NCBI GenBank assembly: GCA_030248215.1
Contig: JASANG010000273.1
Span: forward strand, 248,001-312,000
Reading direction: 5' to 3'
Length of the DNA: 64,000 nt
Source of the DNA: Enoplolaimus lenunculus
Lineage: Eukaryota
Program-made: the position numbers and the translations under genes
In this document: in pieces, positions 1-12,830 of the stretch
Layout of the letters: each line of letters opens with the position of its first letter
Numbering within the stretch: the first letter of the stretch is position 1
Notes under the pieces: model-generated
Told to the model about the DNA's origin: nothing
What the model saw: only the letters and a program-made list of their open reading frames with translations
Database searches by the model: none

Positions 1-326
1 TAATCACGTTTCTTTAATGTTTTGACTATTAACTCGTGATATGCGCTAAAGCCATTTGAGACCACTGTCCGTTGGTGAAACCGCGGAACAGACAAAAACA
101 CTTTCTTTGCGTGGAAAGCACTTCAAGGGATTGTTTTAGCGTAAAAATGACAAAAAACGATAAATTTTGAAGATAAGGATTGCTACAAGATTAATATTGC
201 AAATTGCATCTGCAAAACTTATACATATATATGTATATATGTATATACATATAAATATAGATTCTATAAGTATATTCTATATATATTTATATATGTATTT
301 ATACATATATTTAAATATATATGTAT

Positions 327-1135
327 CAGGGTGCGACCGGATAGCAAAAACTGACGGAGCCGGAGCCGGATAATCTGATTTCCGGCCGGAGCCGGAGCCG
401 GAGAGTTAATTCGATTGTTTATTTAATCCCATATTCCTTTATAAGTTAATAGTTTGTATTCTGGTTTCTTAAAGCATATTACTCTTTGAATTACTGGATG
501 AGTGCACTAATTATGGGTTTTTTCGTAAATTAATAGCCTATCACTCAAAAATTACCGCAAACACATACATTTTTTAATTATATATTTCCACAAATAACTG
601 AAACTCAAGCAAAAAACTAAAATAAAGTATCAATGTAGCATTCAGATATCAGAACGTAACTCACAATTCTTGCTTCCGCGGCCTATATTAAAAGTGATTT
701 CGAGACAAAGATTAACACTTTAACAATGAATCTATTCCTTTATTCTGTTTATGTAACGTTGCGTTCAGTTGAAATATTTGTTTGGCCCGTCTTACTTTTA
801 CGGTCGGACATCCAGTTTATGTAAGATACTATAAAATAGAGGTGTATGTAGCTTAGAATTCAAAGCTATTGTTTCGCTTAAGCTTAGTTTTGACTTATCT
901 TCATGTTAACTGCAAGGTAAAGTACAAAGTGGCCGGCATGCCACCAGAGGCCTAACCGGAATTTTGGAATGGGAGCTACGATCTGAGAAAAAATTTCGAA
1001 TGGGACGTTACACTTGTTCTCAACTGAATTAATCGCCGTAAGATTGAAGCAAAACAAATATCCGGCAAGAAAAAATACCGGAGCCGGAGCCGGATGCCGA
1101 TTTTTAGCCGGAGCCGGCTATCCGGTCGCACCCTG
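327..1135. mobile_element. Non-autonomous hAT-like DNA transposon (MITE)
   Basis: TIR CAGGGTGCGACCGGATAGC at 327 and its reverse complement ending at 1135. Perfect 8-bp TSD ATATGTAT (319-326, 1136-1143). Subterminal (GCCGGA)n repeats. Confidence 0.9.
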
Positions 1136-2831
1136 ATATGTATGCAGATATAAATACATAGTTTTACGATATCATATTTTGAACCTTTGCTCATTGGTGA
1201 ACCTAATCTGCCATTTAGGGCCAACTGGAATATTGGTAATTTACAGTATTTACCAAAATAATTAAAAAAATACAACTTTTGTACGCACTCCCTTGATTAG
1301 TAGCAGTTTCTCAGCGGACGACTATAGTCCGTTGCTCGAAATAGGGGGGGTTGGCAAAAATTTACGAGGGTCATTTATAGATTTCAAATAGGGTACAAAG
1401 GGGCAAAACATTTTCCAGGATGGCCAAAAAATTTAATATGAAGGGTGAACTCGCCCTGTGCTCATTCCCACCGGGTACGCATCAGTCCCAGCGATTATTT
1501 TACACAAAAATGGCAGTTTTTAAAATATTATAAACTATTTTTTGTGTTTAAATTGACTTTTTTAAAACTCAAAACATTGACATTAATATCGTGACAGAAT
1601 TTGCCACGGCGTCATTTTTTTACTTCAAATTCTGACATACCCAGGGTTTTAATAGATGAAAGCGTTTAAATATTTTATAATTTTAATATGTCCAAAGGTT
1701 CGTAACCAGGAATTTTTACCAGGGAGGAAACAGAGTGATTTTCAATAGTTGAGGAATGAAAAAATTTTAGCGTAGAATTTTTTCGAGGCAGGCGAAAGCG
1801 TTTTATGCGAGGGTAGCGGTCAACGATGTCTACCGAGTAGCAGCTCCACCGCGGTTGCTTCCTCACCGTAGTTGTGGTACTGGAGCGGCTGGGTGAAAAT
1901 TGTTTACGAGCAATTTTAAGGGTCAAGGAAAAGCGATTTTGAGTTCGAAAATATCACAAATAATCAAAAATTATTATTTCGTAGACCAGCACTTGGAATT
2001 TGAATTCAACGTGGTATTCAAAAATGAAGTTAAAAAAAGATGGGATTGCACACGTACTATAAATTTTTTGATCTTCTGGAAGTATCTGCCTTTTTTCCGA
2101 TATCTGAAAAAAATCATACGCGTTCGTATTGGTCCTACTCACTAAACATAGAGTAAACCTAAACCTAAACGTAAACCCAATGCCTCCAAGTCTATGCTAT
2201 TAAGTCCCACATTTTAACCAGTTCCTTAGTGAGCAAGCGCCTATAATTTTTAATTAATATGGGACAACATATTTATTGTTCAATTTCTATGGGGCACAAA
2301 ATGAACTCCGAAATTACTATGTGTGGCGTTGAACAAGAAATTCAAAAATATTACATAGCTAATTTTAACGCTAGAAAGAGCATGATTAAAATTGACATCC
2401 GAGTTCTTAAACTAAACTTTGAAGAGAAGAATATACATAAAGATATATACACTTGCTCTAAGTATATATATACTTATATATATATACATATATATACATA
2501 TATATATTATGTATATAAATACAAATATGTAAGGGTTGCGCTATATTCTTACTACTTATCACGACAATTCGTCAACCGACAACTTGTATACCTATAATTC
2601 AAAATCTCGTCTACAATTTGTATTTAAGGCTTAGGCTTATGATTAGACTTTATATGATACTTAGGCTTATGCTCATTCAGCTGTACAGGCCACAAAGTAT
2701 ACAGTCGACGAGTTGTGGTCACTTCGTTTTGCTGCGACGCGCAATGCCGGCTTAAGACGCACGCCGTTGCGCGTCACAAACGAAATGAAATTTTAATAAC
2801 GACCACAGTTGAACAAGCTTTTAGAGCTTAA

Positions 2832-3024
2832 TGTCGGTCACACGTTACCATTGGTTTGGGTTGCACAAACAATGTCCGACAGTTTCTGACAAAAGCATAA
2901 ATGTACTGTTTTTTGCCCGCATACAGTTGTCGCGTAACTCCATTGCATCTGTCAATAAAAGTTAATTTTAAACTGTGCGGACATTTTTTGCGCAACGCAA
3001 ACCAACAGTAACGTGTGACTGACA
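2832..3024. mobile_element. PIF/Harbinger (Tourist)-like palindromic MITE
   Basis: TIR TGTCGGTCACACGTTAC / GTAACGTGTGACTGACA, TAA on both flanks, and most of the element is self-complementary. Confidence 0.75.
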
Positions 3025-3455
3025 TAAAGTTAATTGTTCGAAATTCCCTATTTATCAAGTTCCAAATTGAAAATGGGTTATCCAAACGGTGTATCCAGAA
3101 TTTTAACACGGGACGGTGTAACTTCATGTATAAGACAATTAGCCATTTTGAAGATCAAGAGCAAAACGGGTTTCTGCGAGACTGCATTAGAGTAAGCATA
3201 AGCTTTAGACTTTTATTTTGAATCGGCTCAAGCTTAGACTTATGTATAAGCTCAATTTTGTGCTTATGACTGAAACATTTTTGGCTTCAGTGTCCATGAC
3301 ACTACCCCCTGAAAAGTCACCTGGTGTACGCATGTTATTGTGGAAGTTGCATTAGCAATATGCTTATACTACGTTACGACACTGTTCTACACGTTGGCCA
3401 CAAACTTTTCTTAACCTCTATGCTCCAAAAGGTTATAATGTCTGTTAAAAGTTCA

Positions 3456-4335
3456 GGCCAGTGTTACCCAAAGGCCGTTCCATTTTCCCGGGACACAAAT
3501 GTACCAAGAGTACCCGTCCCGTTTTCCCGGGACAGCAATGTACCAGGAGTACATACAAAAATATAATTGGGACAGCGTGACAGTTGGGACAGATGAGCAG
3601 TGGGACAGATGGGACAGTTGGGACAGATGGAACAGATGGGACAGATGAGACAGTTGGGACAGTTGGGACAGATGGAACAGTAGGGACAGTTGGGACATAT
3701 TGGACAGTTGGGATAGTCGGGACAGATTGGACAGATGGGACAATTGGGACAGATGGGACAGTTGGGACAGACAAGATAGTTTGGACAGTTGGTACAGCTG
3801 CGACAGTTGGGACAGATGGGACAGTTGGGACGGATGGAACAGATGGGACAGATAGGACACTTGGGACAGTTAGGACAGATGGGACAGTTGGAACAGATGG
3901 GACAGTCGGGACAAATGGGACAGTTGGGACAGATCGGACAGATGGGGCAGTTGGGACAAATGGGACAGTTGGGACAGGTGGGACAGATGGGACAGGTGGG
4001 ACAGATGGAGCAGTTGGGACAATGGGGACGGTTGGGAAAGATAGGACAGATGTGACAATTGGGACAGTTGGGACAGTTGGGACAATGGGACAGTTGGGAC
4101 AATGGAGACAGTTGGGACAGTGGAAACCAGTGGGGTAGATATGACGGAAAGTAAACAAGTGCCTATATGTGTATATTATATACATGTATACGTATATACA
4201 TATATATGCATTCATACATATATATCCTACATAAATATATCTGCCTGTGCATATGTAAACAGGAGCGCATAAGTGTGCAGTCCGGGTAAATTTCTGTCCC
4301 GGGAAATTGGGACGGCCTTTATAGTAACATAGGCC
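3456..4335. mobile_element. Merlin-like non-autonomous transposon carrying a 9-bp minisatellite
   Basis: Termini GGCCAGTGTTAC / GTAACATAGGCC. Perfect 8-bp TSD AAAGTTCA (3448-3455, 4336-4343). GG termini with an 8-bp TSD are typical of Merlin. Related copies at 32036-32842 and (inverted, partial) 32843-33045. Confidence 0.8.
3567..4120. repeat. 9-bp minisatellite (GGGACAGTT/GGGACAGAT)n
   Basis: Directly visible tandem array. It explains the six overlapping low-complexity ORFs at 3445-4359. Confidence 0.95.
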
Positions 4336-5463
4336 AAAGTTCATATGACACAATAACATGATGTTCCTTTAACGAGGGCACCCCGTGCCGCTTGTACATC
4401 AGAATTCCAGGAAATGTAGTTCTCAGAGGAAATATAATATCTTACAGTCATGAAAAGGCAGAAAAATAGTCAAAAAAATTCAAAATTAAATGCTGTTGAA
4501 GCAAATAGGTGGCAGTGAAACCATATAACTAAACTTGACGTCGGAAAAGAAATAGTCTGGAACTCAAGTGATAAGCGAAAATTATGCAGGTAGTTCCACA
4601 AACCTTAACCGTTTAAGAAAACGACCGTTTTACTACGGTATCGGAAATTTGCAGCTTAGTCCCTTGTTATGAGGGTCAGAGTACAACTGGAATGGAAATC
4701 TGGCCGTGGGTTCGGTTTCGGTTGAAAATCGACCTCAGGTCCTGCTTCCATAAAAATAATATTTGTCTGAAATCATTGGTTAGGGGCCACAGTCCTTCAT
4801 AGGCCACTTTTCTGGTCACGGTATTAGTCAAAATTAGGAGCGAAATTATGCCTTGCTTTATGGATACTCAATCCTTTCGTTGGTACTTAACTCAGGGGGA
4901 GCATAAATATTCGGTGATGCAAAAATATTTTCCAGCAGAAATATAGAAAAAGCACGAGTGTGGTAGAACGAAATTACTACGGATGGCGCATTGCTTGCGT
5001 GCGGTTCCGTCACCGCCCGGTGCCGTTCATCAGCGTAGCGCCGTTCGTCACCGTCCGTCACCATATGATATCGTGGGTGAGTAATTGGCGTCCGATACCG
5101 CACCATGATCCACGGTGACGAACGGCGCCATACGCGTGACTGACGGCGTCTGACTGCATTAGGTTTAAAAACCATAAGAGTAACTTAGTGTACGCAATTT
5201 ATTGCAGATTCTGCGTTGTATACGCTGTGCTTCACAGTATAGAAAACCAGTCAAAATATACGAAAAACTGAGAACAGGATATGGCATTTCCGGAAAAATT
5301 AGACAAAAAATGCTTGCTTAAAAACAAATGAGTTTTAAATATAAAAAATAGCCAAAACGATTCAATATATGCTGCAGCTCGCGTCAGACTAATAAATTAT
5401 AAGTTGAACTCAACGTGTACAGATGTTATTGTTGTAAAAACTTCAAGATTTGACTACTGTACT

Positions 5464-6010
5464 TTTCCCCCACTTACGCTTAGGTTAGGCCTTGCATTTG
5501 GCTTAGGCGTAGGCCTTGTATTTGGCTTAGGCGTCGGCCTTGGATTTGGCTTAGGCTTACGTTTGAGAAGAGGCTTTGTCTAAGCCGAAGCCTTTTCCGA
5601 AGCTAAGCCTCTGGCTTTTCCTAAGCCTACAGTCGAAGCCTTTTCTTAAACTCAAGCATAAGTAAGGGCGTTTGCTTTAGCTTTAGGCTTTGTCATTCAT
5701 TTCCTAAAAAAGCCTAGACCTTTTTCTAAGCCTAAGCCTTTTCGTTTTCCTAAGCCTACGTCGAAGCCTTTCCCGAAGCCTAAGCCTAAGGGTGCTTGCT
5801 AAGCATAAGCTTTTGGCATTTCCTAAAAAGCCTAGGTTTTTTTCTAATCCTTAAAGCCTTTGCCTTTTCCTAAGCCTAAGTCGAAGCATTTTCTTTAGGC
5901 CTAAATTGAAGCATTTTCCTATGCCTAAGTCTAAACCTTTTCACAAGCCTAACCGAATCCTAAGACAAAGCCTTTTCCCAAGCCTAAGCCTTGACCATAC
6001 AAGTGGGGAA
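5464..6010. repeat. Degenerate telomere-like (TTAGGC / GCCTAA) array with switching polarity, bracketed by short inverted repeats
   Basis: TTAGGC variants at about 5477-5580, then mostly GCCTAA variants to about 5990. Flanks TTCCCCCACTT (about 5465) and AAGTGGGGAA (6001-6010) are inverted. Confidence 0.7.
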
Positions 6011-7217
6011 CGCGTGCAAGAGTCTAAGATTTAAAGATTTTAATGGTTAAATTTAACGCTGGGACAATACAGTTTTTTTGAGGCAACCTCAAATTCATTC
6101 CAAATTTTAGTATAAAGATTAATCAAGTGAAAAGCCAACAAAAAAATTCTCCAGAGAACTCGAAGACATTACTAACCACGTAGCCGTGAAACAAACAATA
6201 AAGCTGATGTTGGCCTATTGAACTGTTTCAAAACAATTTAATAACTTAACTTTTGAAATGTTTTTTCAATTTTTTCAAAATTTCAGCTTTTGGGGACTCC
6301 GTCAGTCATCTAGGAAATAATCATTAAAAGCACTTATGTACATCCAAAGGCAAATAGTCATTGGAACGGTGTGGTGGTCTTGATCACTGTACCAGTCGAT
6401 GAATTGTTTTATGAAAATTCATGTTTTGTTTCAAATATCTTTTGTACACGCCAATAGTGCCCAGATCTTCATAACAGAACTGAAACTTTTTCACATTGTT
6501 ACCACTGGATTCCTCCCAATTTGAAACCCTAAATTTGTGTTTGTCTAAACGTTCGAGTTTAATTTATTAATGCCAAGAGTGTACACTTTAATTCCTGATA
6601 TCAAAAAAATCTCGAAAAATGGCTCGAAACGAAAGAGGGGGCCAACGGAGCCAGACCGCATAGCAAAATTAGCCTATGCATTCAACAGGAACAGACCGTT
6701 CTTTCGTTGGACTGCCATGCACTAAGCTTAAGTTTTAGACTATTTTTTACGCTTAGGCTTAGGCTTAGATTTAGAAATATGCTTATACTCCTCTTACTGC
6801 GCACATCTATAGTTTGGCCGCAAAATATTGTCTTCCCCACCTTTTGAACCATTTTAACCCTGCTTGCAAATTGTGCAAAATTCCATTACGACCCGTTTGA
6901 AGTATTTAGCAGGCAATTTAGCTGGGTACCATCCTGCCGGCTGAATATCCCAACGAATGTTTCTTTGTAAAATTTTTACGTCCCGAGAATTAATAACAAC
7001 ATGTTTTAATTTTTGTTAGATTTTTGCTTGAATATTTTTTGAAATAAAGTCTTAAATTTTTAACAATCAGCTTGACGAAAAATTTAAAACAACCAAACTT
7101 ATGGTATGAAATTTAACAAATACATGTCAAGAGTCTAATACCTATATGCCTTAAACTTCAAATGCCGTTATTAACACTTTCTCACATGAATATTTTCTAT
7201 TTCCCCTGAGACCTACT

Positions 7218-7287
7218 TTAATGCTAGGATTCGAACTCCAGTGATTAGAGTGGGAGACGTATACCATCACTACTCAGCTATAGGAGC
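7218..7287 (-). mobile_element. tRNA-derived SINE head / tRNA pseudogene
   Basis: Minus strand GCTCCTATAGCTGAGTAG (A box) ... GGAGTTCGAATCC (B box), cloverleaf degenerate. A diverged forward copy with a shared downstream body is at about 11210-11325. Confidence 0.6.
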
Positions 7288-8056
7288 TTGACGCTCGAGC
7301 CCGAGGGGGCTCTCACATCTTGTGGTGATTTAGTACTATGTATACGTGTTGCAATTGTTAAACACGGTGCGATATATACTATTTAACCTATATACACTGC
7401 GTTGAGTTGCCTACAGGCAACTGAATGTGTGAAGGGGTTAAACAAAGAATTGTTCTATGTAACTGTACCACTGTAAAGTATATTAAGTTGATTTTAACCT
7501 GGAATGAGTTGATTTGCACTGCGAATGAAGTGAATCAACTCAGTTTCAGTTACGACTCTCTAAACTCAGATGTTCTAAAAGTTGATTCGACTCATTTAAA
7601 TTTGCAGTGTGGTGGTCAAGTGTATTAATTCTATGCATACCATACATAAACTACGTTTAAATTTTTGTTTAATGAAAACCGGCGTCTTAAACTTAATTAT
7701 TCAATTCACACAAACAAAAAAAACAAAAATATACGAAAAAAATCATACAATATATATCAAAATGAGTAGAAGCAGCACACGCAAAGTTTCATATAATTAC
7801 ATCCGGTTAAAAGTTTAGAAATATTAAAAAATGAACAAAAAACCCTAAAATTTCATAGGAATGCCAGCGGGGCCGGCGTGTGCTTGTGAATGTGCCCTAC
7901 TGATGAACGTTAGGAAAAAGTTTTTGTGTATAAATGCACGGCTTCGCTAGATATTGAACTGTAAATACTGAAAAATTTACTAAACCAGATTTAGAAGTAC
8001 TGTACAGTTGTAAAACACGAAAAGTATCGTTTTCACTGGGAAATCATGGATACGAC

Positions 8057-11000
8057 TCAGGCGGCTGTCATTGTGTATACTACATGATACCAAGAGTCCC
8101 CCTCCTTAAAATAAGATGTGGGGCGCGTCATAAACGTAGCGTCCGGCAGTACATTTTGTACCATACAATCTGCAGCAGTGGCACACTCTGGTTAAAAAAT
8201 GATCATCCACCAGGGTTGGTTTTTCCCGGAAAAATTGAATCGATCAAAAAACGGTCTGTGTCCGTTTTTGTCCGGAAAAACGAAAAACGAAAAAAACCGG
8301 AAAAAACCGTTTTTCCGTTGGTTTTTTCTGGTGCCCACCCTCTGTCATCCACACTTAATCACTTATTTTGAGATTGATTTACAAAAGCACAAATCATTGC
8401 CCAGGTTTTCTTATAAAACATTAACTAAGTAATTGATATATGTACGGCATAAACATACCGTTGATACTAACAAATGTGTAGTCAGAATTTTAGTTCACAG
8501 AGGTATAACCTCATGCTAAAGCTTTTTTTCGCGAGCGAAGTAAACCAAATTTATCCACAATTTAACAGGTTATTCTAAAGCCTATAAAAGTGGCTTTTTG
8601 TTGTTTCTCTGGAAATTTCGGCAGGGGATATATCACCCTATTTTCATACTATGGTCCTGCGTACTCTTTATATAGGCGACCGGCTTGTAAGCATAAACTG
8701 TTGTTTAAAAGCCTAGAAAAGTACGAACTAGTAGCATTATAAAAATCCCTTAGACCCTACACCGGAAAAGACTTCTATGGTGGCTCAACGGCTGCGTACG
8801 GGCGTGGTTCGAATCGAGAGTATATATATTGATATAAATTTCGTACACCTAATATATCCCAAGCTAAAAAACTACCATTTGCTGATCCGAATGCGGTCGT
8901 ACATGCCAGGCCCCCGACAAGCAATCAAGGAACGGCCACGTCACGGGACTAGCAAAAACCAACATTTTGTGTCAGGTTAAAGAGCTAAAATTGCAGTTTC
9001 TACAGTATTACTTTGATATTTTACTTAAGGTATATATACTTAAGTTAATTACTTAAGTCACCGGTAAACACTTTTCGAACAAGAACAAATAAACGGCAAA
9101 TGTGAGTCATTGTCATAAATAAAAAGTTATAGGTTTGGTTTATATTAAGGAAGCAACATGAGTACAGTTTCAGTTAGATTCAGGTTTGTATGCCTCACCT
9201 GTTGTTCTGTAATATATCAAATTTATTCAGCGACTTAAGTAAGCTTTTAAAAACGACAAAATGGTTAAGTAAGAACTTAGCACGTACAAGTACTAAGTCG
9301 TACTTCTGTAGGATTTTAGAAACTCAGCCAACGAATGTTTATTCTACGTAACGATTGTAAAAAACTTTCGAACTTACCTCAGCGGAGTGGTGCAGCTAAT
9401 ACATAAACAAATATACAACCGTATTAAAGTATTAATTTCTTTTTATATTATCAATTCGAAATGTCATAAATAAAAAGTTATAGGTTTGCTTTATATAAGA
9501 AAGCAACATGAGTACAGTTTCAATTAGATTAACGTTTGTATGTCTCACCTGTTGTTCTGTAATATATCAAATTTATTCAGCGACTTAAGTAAGCTTTTAA
9601 AAACGACAAAATGGTTAAGTAAGAACTTAGCACGTACAAGTACTAAGTCGTACTTCTGTAGGATTTTAGAAACTCAGCCAACGAATGTTTATTCTACGTA
9701 ACGATTGCAAAAAACTTTCGAACTTACCTCAGCGGAGTGGTGCAGGTAATACATAAACAAATATACAACCGTATTAAAGTATTAATTTCTTTTTATATTA
9801 TCAATTCGAATATACAAATATTCCAGTTTTTTTAAACTTAAATTCAAAAGTAAATTACAGCGGAGCTGGCCGACGATATTTTTTTACTAAACGTAACATT
9901 GAAGCATATTCCTAAACCTAAATCTAAACCTAAGTTTTAACGTAAACATATGTCTAAAACTAAACCTAACGTTAGTCGAAAGTCTAAGCTTAAAATCGGT
10001 CAAAAGCCGAATTCTTCTATTTAGGTTTCTCGCAGGAAGACATCACGTTTCTAAAAGCAATATAAATCGGCAGCGCATGTGGAACGACTGTAGCTCGCCC
10101 TCTGGGATGGGTTCTTATATGCGCTGTCTGCATAGCTGACACCCCGGACCTAAGGGCCCTGCTCGCAACATTTTTTCCAATTTCAGAGAAATGTTTGAAA
10201 TTTAAGATATCCAGGAACAAGCTTGCTAGCTTTTGGTAACGCTATACTTTTCGAATATTTTAACTGTCGACCCGTATCATACGACAACGCACCTGAATTG
10301 TCGCAATGATACCGCAAAACGATTTCTAAACAAAAAGTTTTGACTTGCGTCGTCGTGCGGCCAAAAATGGTGCCGTGCAATAAGTATAGCGTCGCCATTA
10401 TTTGTATATATTTTCCAGTGTAATTACGGGGATAAGATGCTTGTTTAACCATTTTAACTGAAAAAAATGACCAAATTTGTAAATTAGCAGTATTAATTTG
10501 TGAAGCAAACAAAAATATTAACATTCGATTTTATGTTAAAACATAACTTTTTTAGACTTGATCAGATCTCATTATTGCTACAGTAAAATAATATATTAAC
10601 TCAAATAACATGCATTTTCTAAAGAACGGGGGAAGACAAAACTTTTGTCGCCACCGGAAAAAAATTGTGGCCTGCCTTCGAATTCAAGTGTTAAAATTGT
10701 TTTGAACTGCTACATTGCCATGAATTTGTAGCAAAAATTGCTTTAATTACCTCTATGTAATATGCTGAGCTGGCTGCAGATTATGTTTTACCTATAACGA
10801 AAAAATAACACCCTTGCGATTATCCGTATAAGTCTTATAGACATACTTAACATCAACAGTGCATTTGTTTTGATTGAAAAATATCTAAGCCTTTGATGCT
10901 TTCTAAATTCGTCCGTCTCGATTGACTTTTAAAGAAACCTTACACAGAAATTAAAAACTGAATTTCTCGGAAACTAAACTCAAACCGAGAGCGTTTCGCT

Positions 11001-11810
11001 AAATGTTGTGGTACTTTTTGTAATTATATGACAAAATTAATGTTTTTGCTAATACACTCATGTTTTAAGCTTTTATCGCATATAAGAGTATAAGCAACTT
11101 AGCGCAATCTGTATACATGAATTAAGCGTAATTTTTAACAATTACTACGCGTATGCACAATATGAAACTTCTACAAGAGAAGTGATAACACAACGGGCAC
11201 GAGTGTCAAGCTTCTACAGTGGAGTGGTGATAGTGATAAACGCCACCCATTCAAGAGGCTGTGATTTGAATCAGGTCTTAAAATTAATTCTTATGCGAAA
11301 TGGAAAGTATTCATGTGAGAAAGGAATCATTTGAATATTTATCACGTCGATGTTTGTAAACTTTGTTCATCAGCTGTTTTGAGGTAATTAGCAAAATTCA
11401 GTCAGACGATTTTTGGCTAATACAGGATTTATGTGATTAAGCCTTTTGCGTGTCTTGCACACATAGGCTTACTTTTATGTAAAGCCTTAGGTTGTGCTCA
11501 AGCCCTTACCTAATCCTAAGGCTGAACCAAAGCCTAAGTCTTAACCTTGAATGTAAGGAGAAATGTACGTGAGTCGTTTTGTTTATTAAAACTGCTGACA
11601 GTTTGGTTGGCTTAAGAGATTTGGTTTTTACTTATGCAAAATTAATCTTAGATTTCAGATTTAAGCTTAGTTTTATGTTTATGCTATAGTTCAAATTTGG
11701 ACATGAGTTGAAATCTTTTAATATTAGATAGCACTTACCGGATGAAATAGAGGCGTCCACATGCGTCTCGATCCAAGTGGCGAAACTTGCATGCTGTGCA
11801 TTGTGCTATT
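8057..11810 (-). CDS. Candidate Cys-rich microexon gene (5' end unresolved)
   Basis: Minus-strand exons with canonical sites: ~11810-11739 (donor GTAAGT), 9395-9378 (18 nt, TAG/GTAAGT), 9206-9199 (8 nt, CAG/GTGAGG), 8187-8057 (CAG acceptor, to TGA). They splice in frame to QCTACKFRHLDRDACGRLYFIR-CTTPLR-TT-ECATAADCMVQNVLPDATFMTRPTSYFKEGDSWYHVVYTMTAA*. No homology recognised. Confidence 0.35.
9111..9810. repeat. ~350-bp tandem duplication (9111-9460 and 9462-9810)
   Basis: Two near-identical units, each starting TGTCATAAATAAAAAG and ending ATCAATTCGAA. Confidence 0.95.
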
Positions 11811-12654
11811 GTTGAACTTTCAGATCAAATATTTACAGCGAATGATAAATTGGTTGAGTTGAATATTAAACTTGAATGTTTCAAATTTAATTTTTAAAAA
11901 TTTCAAAGTTTAACTAAACTATTTAGCCTAAAACCACATGTATACGAGTTTGTGAACATATTTTGTGTGTCTGCATACTGGACGGCAAGGTGAGTGATAG
12001 ATAGGATTGTTCTTTCAAATCAAGTGCCAAGAGCAGTTATAGAGATTTTATATAAATGATGCTGCAAAGTGTAATGGAAAAATAACAAAAACGAATAGTG
12101 ATCAAAATAACGAAAACGGATATTCCAGCTACACCTGGTAATTTGTGACAAAACACCATAAACAATCGACAACGTTTTTAATTTCTTAAATATGCAACAG
12201 CTGGATTCGTATACAAGGCATTAAATGACCGAGCCATAAATGAAGGTTTAGAGTATGAATTTAGACAAAAACCATTTAGGAAAAATGAAAAATATTTTAT
12301 TTTTTGAGAACCCTATCTAACTCATCCTACATTATTATAGATAGCTACGGGACACCCGGATATTCGGACATAAAAAATATCCGGATATGAAGCCGAAACG
12401 AAATATGGGTATCCGGATATCTGCCGGATATTATACAGATATATATTCGGCAAGAATTACCGGATATCCGTATATGAAAAAAAGTTACCGATGCCCGTAA
12501 CTACTACAAACAATGACAGCTCCATAAGGATGGCGCTCACATGAAAAAATTTCGACGAGAAATTGGTAAGATCCCTTGGACCGTTCGAAATTGTCAATTT
12601 TGTTCGATTTATGCAAATTCGTTCAAATCTGTAGTGGTCGGTGTTTAGCCAAAT

Positions 12655-12830
12655 GGCCCATGTAAAGATCAGGGCGGCAAGTTTTCGGTGGAAGTACAAC
12701 AGAGTAAGCTTAAGCTTTAGACTAATTTTTTGCTTAGGCTTAGGCTTAGGCTTAACCTTAGGCTTAGAGTTAGGCTTAGGAATATGCGTATAGTACTGTT
12801 CCGCCCCGCCTCTGTTCTTTACAATGGCCA
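12655..12830. mobile_element. MITE family with TTAGGC telomere-like core
   Basis: Core AGAGTAAGCTTAAGCTTTAGACTA..(TTAGGC)n..AATATGC.TATA.TACTG with inverted ends CCATGTAAAGA../..TCTTTACAATGG. Related copies at about 3180-3260, 6710-6795, 20861-21016, 21165-21265 (minus) and 57925-58010. Confidence 0.65.

Noticed and set aside
3445..4359. Long ORFs with CPNCPIC / VPTVPS / GTDGTV repeats (metallothionein- or antifreeze-like)
   Set aside because: They are open in all frames because of a stop-free 9-bp minisatellite inside a TIR/TSD-bounded transposon that recurs at 32 kb.
4858..5175. 105-aa minus ORF in a GC-rich patch
   Set aside because: It overlaps an inverted-repeat element (CGCCGTTCGTCACCGT / ACGGTGACGAACGGCG) and has no recognisable protein motif.
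7895..7920. CTGATGA..GAAA hammerhead-like core
   Set aside because: No stem II between the motifs and no convincing stems I/III.
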